The notes under the pieces: model-generated | What the model saw: the letters and a program-made list of their open reading frames with translations, nothing else | Told to the model about the DNA's origin: nothing | The model's database searches: none | Part shown: positions 51,765 to 64,000 of the stretch, piece by piece | How positions within the stretch are numbered: the first letter of the stretch is position 1 | Layout of the letters: every line of letters begins with the position of its first letter | Position numbers and translations under genes: made by a program | Assembly (NCBI RefSeq): GCF_036321535.1 | Contig: NC_087436.1 | Location: forward strand, 48,858,001 to 48,922,000 | DNA length: 64,000 nucleotides | Source of the DNA: Camelus dromedarius | Taxonomy: Eukaryota | Reading direction: 5' to 3'

Positions 51765-52746
51765 CAGTAGTACCCCTCTTGTCCCTGGGGGAATATGTTC
51801 CAGGACACCCAGTGGATGCCTGAAACCACTGACAGTATCAAACGCTATATATACTGTGTTTTTCCCTACACATACATACATCTGATAAAGTTTTATTAAT
51901 AAATTAGGCACAGTGAAAGATTAACAACAGTAACTAATAGTAAACTAGAACAATTATAATAATATACTACAGTAAAAGATACATGAACATGGTCTCTCTC
52001 TTCAGCTTCTTTAACTCTGCCAGAAATGTGACAGTGGCTTCTTCTTCATTGGTAGACACAGCCTCTTCAGTAATTCTTCTATTTTTCGTTTAAAACTATT
52101 CCTGAATCTGTGCTTTCTGGCCCAACACATTGCCACCTATTGGAACACGTTTTCTGTTCATGTCCTCCACCTGCAGATTTAATGCCTTTTCCAGTTGAAC
52201 TAAGCACTTACCATGCACTGTAGCTATAACTTTTGCAGGTGGAGGTGCAACAGCAAAACTAGCACAAATTTCTTTTTCCTTCTTCACAATTTCACAAATA
52301 GAAGATTCATTTTTACCATAGGTCTTAGAAACCATATGAGCATCCAATTTTTTTCTTATTAAGTTGAGAACTTTCACCTTTTCATTTAGAGGAAGCACTT
52401 TGCAGTTTTTCTGCCATATGTGAATTGCCTGCATCACTACTCTGGGTCTTTGGGGTCATTATTAAGCAAACTAAGGGTGACCTGAACACTAGCACTGTGA
52501 TACCCTGACAGTCTGATATCCAAGCTGGCTACTGACTAATAGTTGGGATTCACTGGACAAAGGGATGATTCATGTCCTGAGCAGGACAGACTGGGCCAGC
52601 GACAGATTTCATCATGCTATACAAAGCAGCATGCAACTTAACACGTATAATTGTTTACTTCTGAAATTTTCCATTTAGTCTTTTCTGACTGTGGGTAATG
52701 AAAATGCCAGAAAGTGAAACCACAGGTAAGGGGGGACTACTTACTG
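51765..52746 (-). mobile_element. Internally deleted Tigger7/MER44-type DNA transposon retaining the transposase N-terminus
   Basis: TIRs CAGTAGTACCCCTCTT… / …TAAGGGGGGACTAC(TTA)CTG-TA; ORF 52096-52437 (KVLPLNEKVKVLNLIRKK…VSKTYGKNESSICEIVKKEKEI) resembles the pogo/CENP-B N-terminal HTH. Confidence 0.85.
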
Positions 52747-55700
52747 TATGTGGGTTTGCCAGTAAGAAAGGACAAGTGATAGAAATTAGAGAAGGCGATA
52801 GAATAGGGGGAGGGAACATAAGGGGGAAAACTAAAATATAAAGGGTAAAGCCCATAACCATGAGTGTTTTATTTTAGGCCCAACTCCTGTTTTCTGTTGG
52901 GTGAGGGAAAAAAGTTGGGATAAGCAGGTGCCAATAAGGACAAAGCAGAGGGAACAAGAAAGTGGAGGCTGCTATAAATTCAAAGTAGAGATGAATAGGA
53001 GTAAGGAAATTTTTTAAAAGAAAGAAAATTGACTTGGAAGCCTGCAGAGGCTCCTGGGTCAAAGCAGTAGAAGAGATAGAGTGATGTAAGACTGTAGTGT
53101 ATAAGGATAATTGATTGTAGTCAAAGAGGAGAATAGTTATGGCAGGTTGCAAGTTTCAGTGACTGAATATGAAGCTTCTTGGGATTGAAGATCTAAATAA
53201 ACCTGGTGCAGGAAGTTGGAAAAAATCATCACTAACGATGTTAAAATTACCAAAGATGATGGCAGGAAGAAAGGAAGAAGACGAACTGGTACAAATGTTC
53301 TGTACATGAGCAACAGTGAAAATGCAGGTGTGGATTTCAAGAAAAGATGTTTATGAGTGGTGGTTATGGAATATTATTCCAAAAGCAGCAATGTGGAGTG
53401 AGGTCTCCATAGACCTCTCTTTGCTCTTTCAGTAGGAACAAATCAAAGGAACACTGCTTGAGAGAAGGTTGCAAAAGAGGTGGTGTCTGTGGGGCCAACG
53501 GGCAATCGTAAAGGTAAAGAGATAAAAGGAGTGCTTGAGGAAACAGTGGGGAATACATGGGAATGTGCTGGTAATGAGTAGGGGCTAGAAGATGATAGGC
53601 AGCTAGCAATGAAGTTAATGTGGGGAAGGGAAAGAGCTGAGCTGAATGGGAGTACTGGAGGGATTTTCAAGTGGAAGGTAATCTGTATCTTAAAGCAGTC
53701 ACTATGCATATATAATAGGGAAAGGGAAACTGGAATTTGCTGGATAGGCTACAGCATTGGCCTCCAAACTTCCCTCATCATTTATTCCATGAGTGAAAAA
53801 ATTGAGCACACTTCCTTATGTGTGTATTTAGTTACCAATTATATGCATGTACTACTATCATTCTGTACACTTAATTTTTTTTTTACTAAAAGATTAAAAA
53901 TAAAAAGAAATTTTAATATTTTTTTCTCTGTATTCTACTGGGAAGACCACTGGCTAGAGGGACATGTTAATAATTTAGGGCATGGGTATAAAGTCTATTC
54001 ATTATAAAAATGAATTGCAAGTTCATATAAAAAGAACTGGCTCCTAGTTGGTGCTGATGACATGATCTGTAGTCTTGTAATCTAGGTGCTGACTCTTGTT
54101 ACCTAATCTATAATGTAAACCTTTCATCTATGATTATGGAAATACATAACAATAAATACTTTGCTTTTTCTAATATATTAAAAGGATTCTTCTAAGTATC
54201 AGTCTTTTCAGTACCTCATAATACAGATTGTTGTAAGTAAACTGCTATGCTGTTTAGCTTTAAAAAGTTAGGTGAGCAGAAAGACTGGGCTGTCTTCCCT
54301 TGTGCACTCAGGAGGCATGGCAGCCTTACTCCTTTTCATCATGGACCTTTTAATGAGGAGCTCTTTTATCCTCAGAATGTATATGGTGACCAGCCTCATG
54401 AGTAAATTTTTTAAAAATACATTTCTGTACCTATCATTATTTTTGATGATGTTTGTAATAATACAATCTTAAGAAGTGACAGAGGTTGCTTCTCAACTTT
54501 TGTTAACTGATTGAGGTAGGTTATTTTTCTTTTAGTATTGATCTGTGGACCCCTTCTCATGGGTGATTGAGTAGAGCACGAAATTTGACAGTAATTTTGT
54601 GGCTATCAGATAGATACCTAATACCTTCTTTAAAACTTTTTTAAAAGCCTAGTAGGGTATGTGTGTGTGTATGTTTCCTATAAAAATTGGAGAGGGATTA
54701 AGGGGGAAAGTAGATGGGGAAGGAACAAACAAAATCCATTTTCAAGCTGAGCTTTCTTAATGCCAAGATTCAACCTATAGCAAGTTTCAATGGCTTTGTA
54801 AACCCCTGAAAATGAGAGATTAACGTGGAACTGGTGACAGATCCTTAACTCTAGCAGTGCAAGTGCGTTGCATTCTTATAATATTAACCTTGAGGATAGA
54901 AGATAATTTCAAACTCTAGAATGCTGATCAAAGGTTTGAACACAAAGTATACATTTTTGTTTTAATAAAATAAAATATTTTATTCCTTGCCTGAAGAAGT
55001 GTTTGAAAAAGTGACACCAGAAGTAGAACCATATGACAGCATTGGTATTAGCTGAAAACAAAACTTTTTAATGTTTTGAAATTTCATAAGCCTTTGATGT
55101 GTATCTTCACTATTTTTTAAGCTCCATGGGACACAGAGAATATCATAGACCCTGTGGGAGATATGTATATAGTATGGCACCACTTGTCAGAGACCTTTTT
55201 CAAAGTAGGTTAATGTGTGAGATCTAAATGTGATGCAGTAAGATTATTGTTAGTATGTTTTCTGAGGCATTTAAGATTGGGGATGAGAACTAAGGAGGGA
55301 AAAAAAAAAGGATAGTTGATGTAAAAGCTTCAACAATGACCTTTATAGCTCATTGCTTAATGCATTCTCTGACTGTTGCCCTCTGGTGACACCCTTCCCC
55401 CAACCTTTTTTTTTTTTTTTTAATATGTATAATGGAAATAAAAGGTTTGAGAGAAGAACTTTTGATATATATATGTACATATATATATATAGTAAACTTG
55501 ACTTTAAACACATTAAGTCCTGTGTGCTGAATTGTAAGCATACTATTTCAAAACAGTGTTAGGAAGGGGCTCTGCAGCAGGGAGGTGCTTATCTGGATTT
55601 AAAATTTTGCCATGGATATGGATACAAAGAAAATTGATAATGTTCTTGCTTCTAGAGAAAAGTAATAGATAATACCAGTCAGGGACAAGAAGGAAATTTA

Positions 55701-55863
55701 CTTTTATCTGTAATAACCTTTAGAACACTTGGAACTTTCTATCATGTACAGACTATTACCTACTATAAGCAAAGGAACAAAACAGATGAACTTTGACATA
55801 GATTATTGACCATTGTCTGTAAATTACTTTCCCCTCTTTTTTTTTTTTATTCAGGTGTCTGCT

Positions 55864-56019
55864 ATGGCTGCTACTGTGAACTTGGAACTTGATCCCATTT
55901 TTTTGAAAGCACTAGGCTTCTTACATTCAAAGAGTAAGGATTCTGCTGAAAAGTTGAAAGCACTACTGGATGAATCTTTGGCTCGGGGCATTGATTCAAG
56001 TTACCGTCCTTCTCAAAAG
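55864..56019 (+). CDS. INTS12: INTS12 first coding exon ([52 protein letters not shown]); exon starts at 55855
   Basis: Integrator subunit 12 N-terminus; long polypyrimidine tract with CAG acceptor; AAG|GTACCT donor. Confidence 0.97.
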
Positions 56020-56529
56020 GTACCTACCTGAATAAAAAGCTTGGAGGGAGTTTTGTAAAGCCTATTGTAAAACAGTGTTAACATTTAGACTATCTCAAAA
56101 CAATCTCTTTGCCAAAATAATCATTTTCTTGTGGCATGAAGAAATTATATTTTATAGTGTTCTTTTCCTTCAAGCTTTCAGAGAGCTGTTACACTATATA
56201 GAAAAGTTAGCTGGGAATGGGGGATATTCTGTTCTACTACTTTCTGTGTATGGAAACCCACTTGTTAAAGATACATTTCAATTTCTAGTTCTTTATGATC
56301 AGATTTTTTTTTAAGCTGATGAATGAAACATAACTTGTAATTATTTCCTAATGTTTTAGGAGCAAAAAATATTGAAGTAAAAGGACAGAGATTTTGCAAT
56401 GAAGTGTATTAAATGTGGATAGGATAATTTAAGGAAAAAAGAAGGTATGGATAAACTATGAGAGCTATATAGTCCCAATTGTGATAATAACAAAGTGGCC
56501 AAGCAGCTTTATGTAAAAAGAATATACAT

Positions 56530-56860
56530 TTTGGAACCAGACAAGTTGTTTTAAATCCCAGCTTACCTCTTACTAGTGTGGTGATCTGTAACATATCTTG
56601 AACATTTGTAGTGTCCCAGGTACTTTTCTGAGTGGTGTATGTGTATAATTAATTGTGATCCTTTGAGATAGATATTTATTTTCACTTTATAATAAGGAAA
56701 CTGAGGTATAGTAACATTTCACCCAGCCTCTGTTTCTTTATTAGTAAAATGAGGCTAATAAGAGCTACCTTACAAAGTTATGAAAATTTAAAGAGAAAGT
56801 ATGTCAGTCACCTAGTGCAGTATCTACCTGGTACATAATAGGCTCTTAGTGACTGGCAGC
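56530..56860 (+). mobile_element. MIR SINE(s)
   Basis: ttggaaccagac…aaatcccagc…cttactagtgtggtgatc…ctgtttctttattagtaaaatgaggctaata. Confidence 0.65.
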
Positions 56861-57649
56861 TCTTACTATATTCTCTAATACCTAGTAAGGCATTCTTTCA
56901 AACCTTTCTAAAGCTGTAGCCTTGAAACTCCAAGTCATCCATACCAAACTGAGAAGAAGACAGAATTCCATGGCTAGCTCAGTCTAATCCAGAATCTCAA
57001 ACTCAAAACAGGCCACATCCCAGACTTAGCATCCAAGAAAACTGAAATTTTGCTACCAGCCTTCTTTTAACACTAACTCTAGTATTCGTAAACCTTTTTC
57101 TATTGGTTTTTGAATAATGGAGCCATTGTGACTTCATTTGTTTCACCATTCTCATTCTGGTAGGTTCAATGAGTTTAAGCCAACCAAACTAATAAAACTC
57201 AACAAAATACACCAATAAATTCATTCTGTGTTGAATATTGGTATTATCCAAATAGGAAATTCATATTATTACTAAAGAAGCAGTATTTTGAGATTCTAAA
57301 ACAGAAGGAAACTCATCTGTTAAAGTACATGAAAAGTTTGTTGCAATTAAAAAACCTCCAGCCCTTAGATTTATAACTGATATTAACTTCTCTTTGTCAG
57401 TTTAGAGAAAATTCTCTGCTAGGTATTTTTAAAATGTAGGTTCATTTAATTTTAATTTTTAGCTGAACATTTCCATCTCTAGAATTGGTGAGAATCACCT
57501 GGAGGCAGTGGTGTGCTTATAAACATTAGTAACTGTCTGTCCAAATATAGTTCCAACATAAAAATTGGGAATAATTCCAATGAGCTACTATATGCAAAAG
57601 CTTTTTATACTATTAACAACAGATAACAAATATATACATCAGCAAAGCA

Positions 57650-58660
57650 GTAATAATAACAAGGATTACAAGTTTAAAACAGAAAGAAAAGACAAGCCAC
57701 AGACTGAGAGAAAAGATTCGCAAATCATGTATCTGATAAAGAGCTTGTATCCAGAATCTATGAAGAACTCTTTATATTCAATAATAAAACAACCCTTCTT
57801 TTTCAAATGGGCAAAAATATTTAACAAACACTTTACCAAAGAAGATAAATGTATGGCAAATAAGCACTTGAAAAAATGTAACATCAGTAGCCATTAGGGA
57901 AATGTAAAATAAATCTACAGTGATATGCCACTACATACCTATTAAAATGTCTAAAATTAAAAAGATTGGCCATGCTTATCGCTGATGAGGATGTGAGGAT
58001 GTGAAGGAACTGGGACTCATATACTCCTGATGAAAATATAAAATGGTATACCACTTTGAACATGGTTTGGCAGTTTCTTATAAAGTTAAACATAAACCTA
58101 TCATATGATCCAGGCATTCCACTCCTAGACCTTTATTCTAGAGAAATGAAAGTATATGTCCATATAAAGGTTTGTACATGAACGTTCATAACAGTTTTAT
58201 TTGTTATAACTCCAAACTGCAAACAACCCAAATGTCCATCAATAGGTAAACAAATAAACAGATCATGGTATGTTCAATGGAATGCTATTCAGCAACATAA
58301 GGGATGAACTTTTTATACATTCAGCAACTTTGATGAATCTCAAAATTAACATGCTGAGTGAAAGAAGCCAGAAAAAAGAGTATATACTGCATGATTCCAT
58401 TTATATACATTTCTAGAAAATGCAAAGTGATCTATAGTTACAGAAGCAGTTCAGGGAGGCTTAGTTTTTTAGGATGTCTCCTTCTAAGAGTGATTACCAA
58501 GGGCCACAAGGAAACTTTGAGGGATGATGGATATGTTCATTATGCTGATTGTAGTGATGGTTTCTTACGTGTGAAACTATGTAGTGAAACTTGCCAAATT
58601 TTACACTTTAAATAGATGCAGTTTGTTTATCAGTTATATCTCAATGAAGTTGTTTTAAAA
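57650..58660 (+). mobile_element. L1MB-type LINE 3' part
   Basis: acaagccacagactgagagaaaagattcgcaaatcatgtatctgataaag…; ORFs 57565 and 58358 are decayed L1. Confidence 0.85.
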
Positions 58661-58793
58661 AGGATAATACATTGATCACAACATGATGTCTTAATTTGTA
58701 ATTGAAAATTGTTTAGATTTATGATCTATTTTTAATAATATATTAAATAGTCTGAATATTTAATTACAGATATCGTTTTAATTTCACCTGTAG

Positions 58794-58946
58794 GATGTGG
58801 AGCCACCCAAAATTTCAAGCACAAAAACTGTTTCCATTAAGCAAGAGCCCAAAACAACATCCAGTCTTCCTTCTGGCAATAATAATGGCAAGGTCCTCAC
58901 AACTGAAAAGGTAAAGAAGGAAGGTGAAAAGAGACCTGCTGATAAA
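58794..58946 (+). CDS. INTS12: INTS12 coding exon ([11 protein letters not shown]...EKRPADK)
   Basis: ORF 58797 peptide; TGTAG acceptor and AAA|GTAAGA donor; 153 nt. Confidence 0.95.
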
Positions 58947-60486
58947 GTAAGATTTTATTTTACTCTAGTAAATCAGCCAATCAGTCCATTGTTTAGAGGC
59001 AGAAACAATGTTCTGTGCTTACTTTTTGTATGTAATAGTGGGTAAAATTATGTAATAATCACTCAGTAAATATATTTTCATAATTATAGATGTTGGTTTT
59101 TTGAAAAATGAGTAAAATTTAGAAACATTTTTAAACCACTTACTGAAGTCATTGTTAACAAATATTTGAGCCTTAGAGGATGTATTGATTTCATGTATAA
59201 ACTTTAATCTATAACTCAAAGGTATGACAGTTGTTGAAAGGAAAAGATGGTGAGGAAAGAATAAAGACACAAAATATCTTTGTAATATAAAGATATAAAT
59301 GACTAAATGAAATTTGTTACAGACTGACATGTATCTTAATAGGATTACAGATAACTCTTGATTTTGAATGATTTCTGCACATAGTTAATTATTAGGATTT
59401 TAACACTTCATAAAAAATACATTTAAAAAAACTTTAGTAACCCCTGCCCTCAAGGTGGAGTGTTTTCATACTTTTTCTAAATATTGGCTATTTGTAAACT
59501 ATATTGTATTGTTTTCTGTGCTTTTAAATGTATATAAATGGTATCATACTGTACATATATATATTTTGGCAACTTTTCCTCTCACCAGTGTGCTTTTGAA
59601 TTTTATCTATCCTGATACATGTATATCTGAGCATTTCTTTCAGCTACCATGTAATATTCATTCTATGAATAAATCAGTTTACCCATTCCCCTACTGCTAA
59701 GCAAACAGCTCAGTTCTCCTTTTTCTCTATTACAATGGAGTTTCAGTGAACTGCTTACATGTATCTCTTTGCGCACATGGTGATAGTTTCTGTAGAATGT
59801 ATTTCTGTGAGTGGATGTGATAGGGTAGGTACATCTTCAACTTTATTGGGCAGAAGTAGATGTACTGAATTTATATTCTGACCAATAAAGTATAAAAATT
59901 CCAAATTCTCCATGTCTTATCAGACTTTTTAATTTTTGGCAATCTGACAGATGTATCTATGACATTTATATCTTAAAGAGAGGAGCCAGAATTTACTTTG
60001 AAACAAGTATGGCAATGTGTTAAGCCTGGACAACTGGTAAAAGTTCATTATTTGCTTTTTTTCAATATATTTTAATTAACAGTAGTTTATAATTTTAAAT
60101 ATTTAAAATAAAAAAATAGCCTTAAGAATAGCATTATTAGTGCTATGGCTTCTCAATTCAAACACAATGGGTGAAAAAGAAGAGGAAGTGTAAGTAAATC
60201 CACTGAAGTTCCAGGAGTCTTTAATGGATAAAAGAGTGCAAAGAGAAATATAGATGCATGCTAAACTGTTCTGATTTATATATTTCTACCTTGTTGGTTT
60301 CTTTTAACATACTGATTATGAACTTATTATAAAACTTTGGCAGGTCTTTAGTTTGTAATCTGTCCCTAACAATGTGAAAGTATCTGTCTAGTGGACTTGG
60401 TCATTGCACACTGTGTATCTTATCCATCTCTCAGTGATTTAAAGTTTACTGTAACATGTTAATTTCTGATTGGGTGCTTTTTATAG

Positions 60487-60674
60487 ATGAAATCAGATAC
60501 CGCTGAAGGAGCTGATATTCCAAAGAAACCTAAACTGGAGAAACCAGAGACACGCTCCTCCCCCATTACTGTCCAAACCAGCAAGGATTTAGCTATGGCT
60601 GACCTTTCCAGCTTTGAGGAGACCAGTGCTGATGATTTTGCCATGGAAATGGGATTGGCCTGTGTTGTTTGTAG
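60487..60674 (+). CDS. INTS12: INTS12 coding exon (MKSDTAEG...[15 protein letters not shown]), start of the PHD finger
   Basis: ORF 60487; TTTTTATAG acceptor and AG|GTAAGT donor; 188 nt, phase 0 to 2. Confidence 0.96.
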
Positions 60675-62124
60675 GTAAGTTGTACTTTGCCGCAAGATTC
60701 TTTTGTTTCTTTGTAAAGAACAAACAAGTTAAAAAAAAAAAAAAGTCAGACCAACTGTTGAGTGTTTTTTATTTTGTTATTATTTGGAGGTGGGTAGGAG
60801 ATAAGTTGACTATTCCCTGTGAACTGCCTGTATAGCATATGGCAGCTTAACATCTTGAACTTTGTCAAGATTTTATCTTCCTGACTGGCATTTAATCAGT
60901 TATGTTGTAGTAACATTTTCTGCATTCTTGGATTCTAGAGGGAAAACAGTTATGGCTTTATTCTTTAGTGAGGAAGAGTCTGTTTAGCAGACTTAATTAT
61001 TTCCATCTTTCTTTTTAAGAAGACTGTGTAGCTTTTTTTTTCTTCCTGAAGTGTTGATAGTATTTATAAAATAAATGGTTATGTATAATTTTCTAAAATA
61101 CCATTTAATCTTTTTCTAAGGTTAATGGAAATGAAATGAATGGATATGTAGGTTATTCTGCATGTTGTTTTAAAACATGGATACATAATTATAAAAACAT
61201 AGATAACTCTGCTTACTGAAAGATTCATTTTAAAAATCAGAATAATTAGATTTCACACTCTTTGATGTCAGGAGCTATATTTCTAATTGTTAATGACTTT
61301 CCTTGCCTAGCACAACAGAGAAAATTGAAACCTTTGTTGCTAATTTCTTCATGAAAATGTTAAATTATGGTGCATTGGGACTGAGGAAATAACTATAAAC
61401 TTTTGTAAGGCATATAAATAATCAGTTAATGTACCTCTGAACAGGATCATTTTGTTAGAGCATTATTGTTTTCACATAAATTTGTTTATTTCAACTTTTA
61501 TCTCCATAAGGATTATTGTTTTTATATAAAGAAATAAATGGTAAAATAGTAAGAGGGAAAGAACTAGTAATTGTAACCCTCCATCAGGAGTCTAAGGCTG
61601 TTGCTGTTAGAATTTATACTTTTTGATATACACATTGCTCCGTTCTGTTCAGCTGATAAGGCACTTAGTTTTTTGAACACCCTATGTCTGCACATAGTGT
61701 GCTAGGCACTATGGATAATTCCGTCCGGTTTCCACTGTTAGGCGGCTCATCTATTAATGAAGAAGATAGAACAATATGTAGGCAACAAACATAAAGGAAT
61801 TTAACAGAGGTACAAAGAAGATGTTGTAAGACTGTTGAAGGCCTAGCCAAAGAGAAAGAAAAAAATTATAATGAGAAATGACAAGGAAAATATAGCCAAA
61901 TTTACTCACTAAGTCACTTTATATACATTTATGAATAATTGAGCGTAACCTTTAAAAAAAGTGAAGTGTTTATGCAGGCTGCATGTTGCGATTTGTTATT
62001 TTGCTCTTTGGTTTTCTGGGGTTTTTACCCTCTTTAATATATCAAAATTTACCAGAACAACCCTAAAATGGATTTAAATTATTGCCTTCAAATAAGTGTA
62101 ATGTTTAATGGTTTATTTTCTTAG

Positions 62125-62284
62125 GCAAATGACAGTGGCATCCGGTAATCAATTAGTAGAATGTCAGGAATGCCATAATCTCTACCACCAAGATTGCCAT
62201 AAGCCCCAGGTGACAGACAAGGAAGTGAATGACCCTCGCCTTGTGTGGTATTGTGCCCGATGTACCAGACAAATGAAAAGAATG
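62125..62284 (+). CDS. INTS12: INTS12 coding exon, PHD finger core ([53 protein letters not shown]); gene continues beyond the window
   Basis: C4HC3 PHD pattern completed across the phase-2 junction; TTTTCTTAG acceptor and ATG|GTAGGA donor; 160 nt. Confidence 0.96.
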
Positions 62285-64000
62285 GTAGGAATCATTTTTC
62301 TCTATTTTAAACAAATAGTTTTTTTGTTGATGTGTGCTTTTTAAAATAAAAATTTGAGCATTTATGCTATTGATAAAAATAAATTAGATAAGCTGATTAT
62401 TTAAATGTTTGTGAACATAGTGTATATGTGTGATTTATGTATCTGTGCCTAAATGGACCACACCATGTATATGTATTTTTCTGTGTTCAGCTTTTAGCTT
62501 GTTCTAATATTAAAAAAAAAAGGATTGAAGACCACCAAAATATGAATATTCCTTACTAGTATGTATTTATAGACATTTAAACATCTATAACAATTTATAA
62601 ATGTATTTATAAACATTTAAAAATACTACAAAACACTGTGGGAAGAGTCCAGTAAGGAAGTACTAGAATGTCTTTTCTTGAGTGAGCTTGAACCACCAAA
62701 CTTACAAGCTGTGTGCAGAGGCACTGCTTGTATCTGCATTTCTGTCTTTCTGTCTGTGTTTCTCTCTCTGTTCCCCAGTCTTTCCTTTTCATTGTCTTCC
62801 ATTGACCATTTATCCTATATTCCCATGCACTTTCTCAGTTTACTGCTCACAAACATAACTGCCTTGAATTTCATACTGAAACACGTTTTAATTTGTTATA
62901 TTGGATAGTTTTCTAAATTTTATTTATTTAAAAAGTAAACAAATGAACGGTACCATTTTCCTTTTAAAGAAATCAAGTTATTATTTATTTCAGTGACTTG
63001 TTTGTGTCTCCCATGACCCCTCCCCTTCTTTAGATTAGGGACTCTTGATAGAAGAGTTCTCATATCTATTAACCAAATGAATTTCTATGTAATTTTTTTC
63101 TGACCAAATATATCTTTTTAAAGTCAGAAATATTTAGTTAAAAGTTAAAAAAAAATCAAGATATCTGCTTTACTTTTTAATCATTTAAATCAGAAATAGA
63201 TTGTTTTTATTACCATGAGAAGTAGTAAAACGGTAGTATTTATATTTTCTCTTTGTAACAGGAAATTTTGATGACAAAGTACAGTTTTCTTCTGCTCAAT
63301 CTGATTTTTATCTAGTCTGTTATTTAAACTAGCCCCCCCAGGACCTCAACCAAAGTGATTATAGGTGAGCAAAATAGTACATTCCAGGACATTGACACAA
63401 GTAGTCACTAAGAATTGATAATAGTCAAAATAAGAAATTTGTGACAGTAATCTGGCTTTCTTTGGTGTATCTTCTAAGTTTATTATTATTTTATTGTAAG
63501 TCTTAATAAAATAAACACTGTTCTCTCCTAAGTTTTTCCTCCTGCGTATTTTGTGACTTAGTTACACCAAATCTGTATTTATAGTTCTAACCCTCTTTCT
63601 GGGGTTAATTTTGGCAGCTAACCAGATACCCTACAGTTACTTTAAGTTTAGTATTTTTAAAATTAAAATTGTTTTCTTCTCCACTCAGTTTTTTCCCCAG
63701 TTTCACTTTTATTGCCTGTTCTACAAATCCCCCATTTCTTGTCACTTGCTTTAGCCTCTTAAGGTCTCCTTGCTTCCCTTCAGTCCACTTTACTCACTAC
63801 AATTAGAATATTCTTCTAAAATATTTATCTAACTTTATCTGTTTAAGTGTGCCCCATGGCTCTCAATTACCTATATAATGAAGTTATCCTCATTAGGGTA
63901 GATGTATGGACCTTCTCTCTTTGACCCAAGTCTACCTTTGTGTCCTTCTTTCCCACCACTTCACCATATACACCCACATACTCTGGTCATGCCAGACCAA

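Overview
Mammalian, AT-rich genomic DNA; the tRNA-Ala-derived SINEs and young L1 3' ends suggest a camelid (inference). The window holds the head-to-head pair GSTCD and INTS12, which share a CpG-island bidirectional promoter at ~46.3-47.2 kb. GSTCD is on the - strand: non-coding exon 1 plus coding exons at 37223-37642, 36148-36615, 30738-30989 and 26767-26860, then a long intron running off the window start. INTS12 is on the + strand, with coding exons at 55864-56019, 58794-58946, 60487-60674 and 62125-62284 (including the PHD finger); the gene continues past the window end. The introns carry L1, L2, MIR, ERVL LTR, Tigger/hAT elements and microsatellites. The main unexpected result lies in the long GSTCD intron (~0.7-22 kb). 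It appears to hide a large decayed multi-exon protein-coding gene on the opposite (+) strand: about 20 exon-like segments with mostly AG/GT ends, phases that chain together, frames kept open for 50-530 nt, and nonsense codons strongly biased to TGA. I could not assign it to a known family, so it is a candidate nested unitary pseudogene. Also noted: uORFs in the GSTCD leader, an L2-derived microexon candidate in INTS12, template-switch palindromes and a convergent CTCF motif pair.
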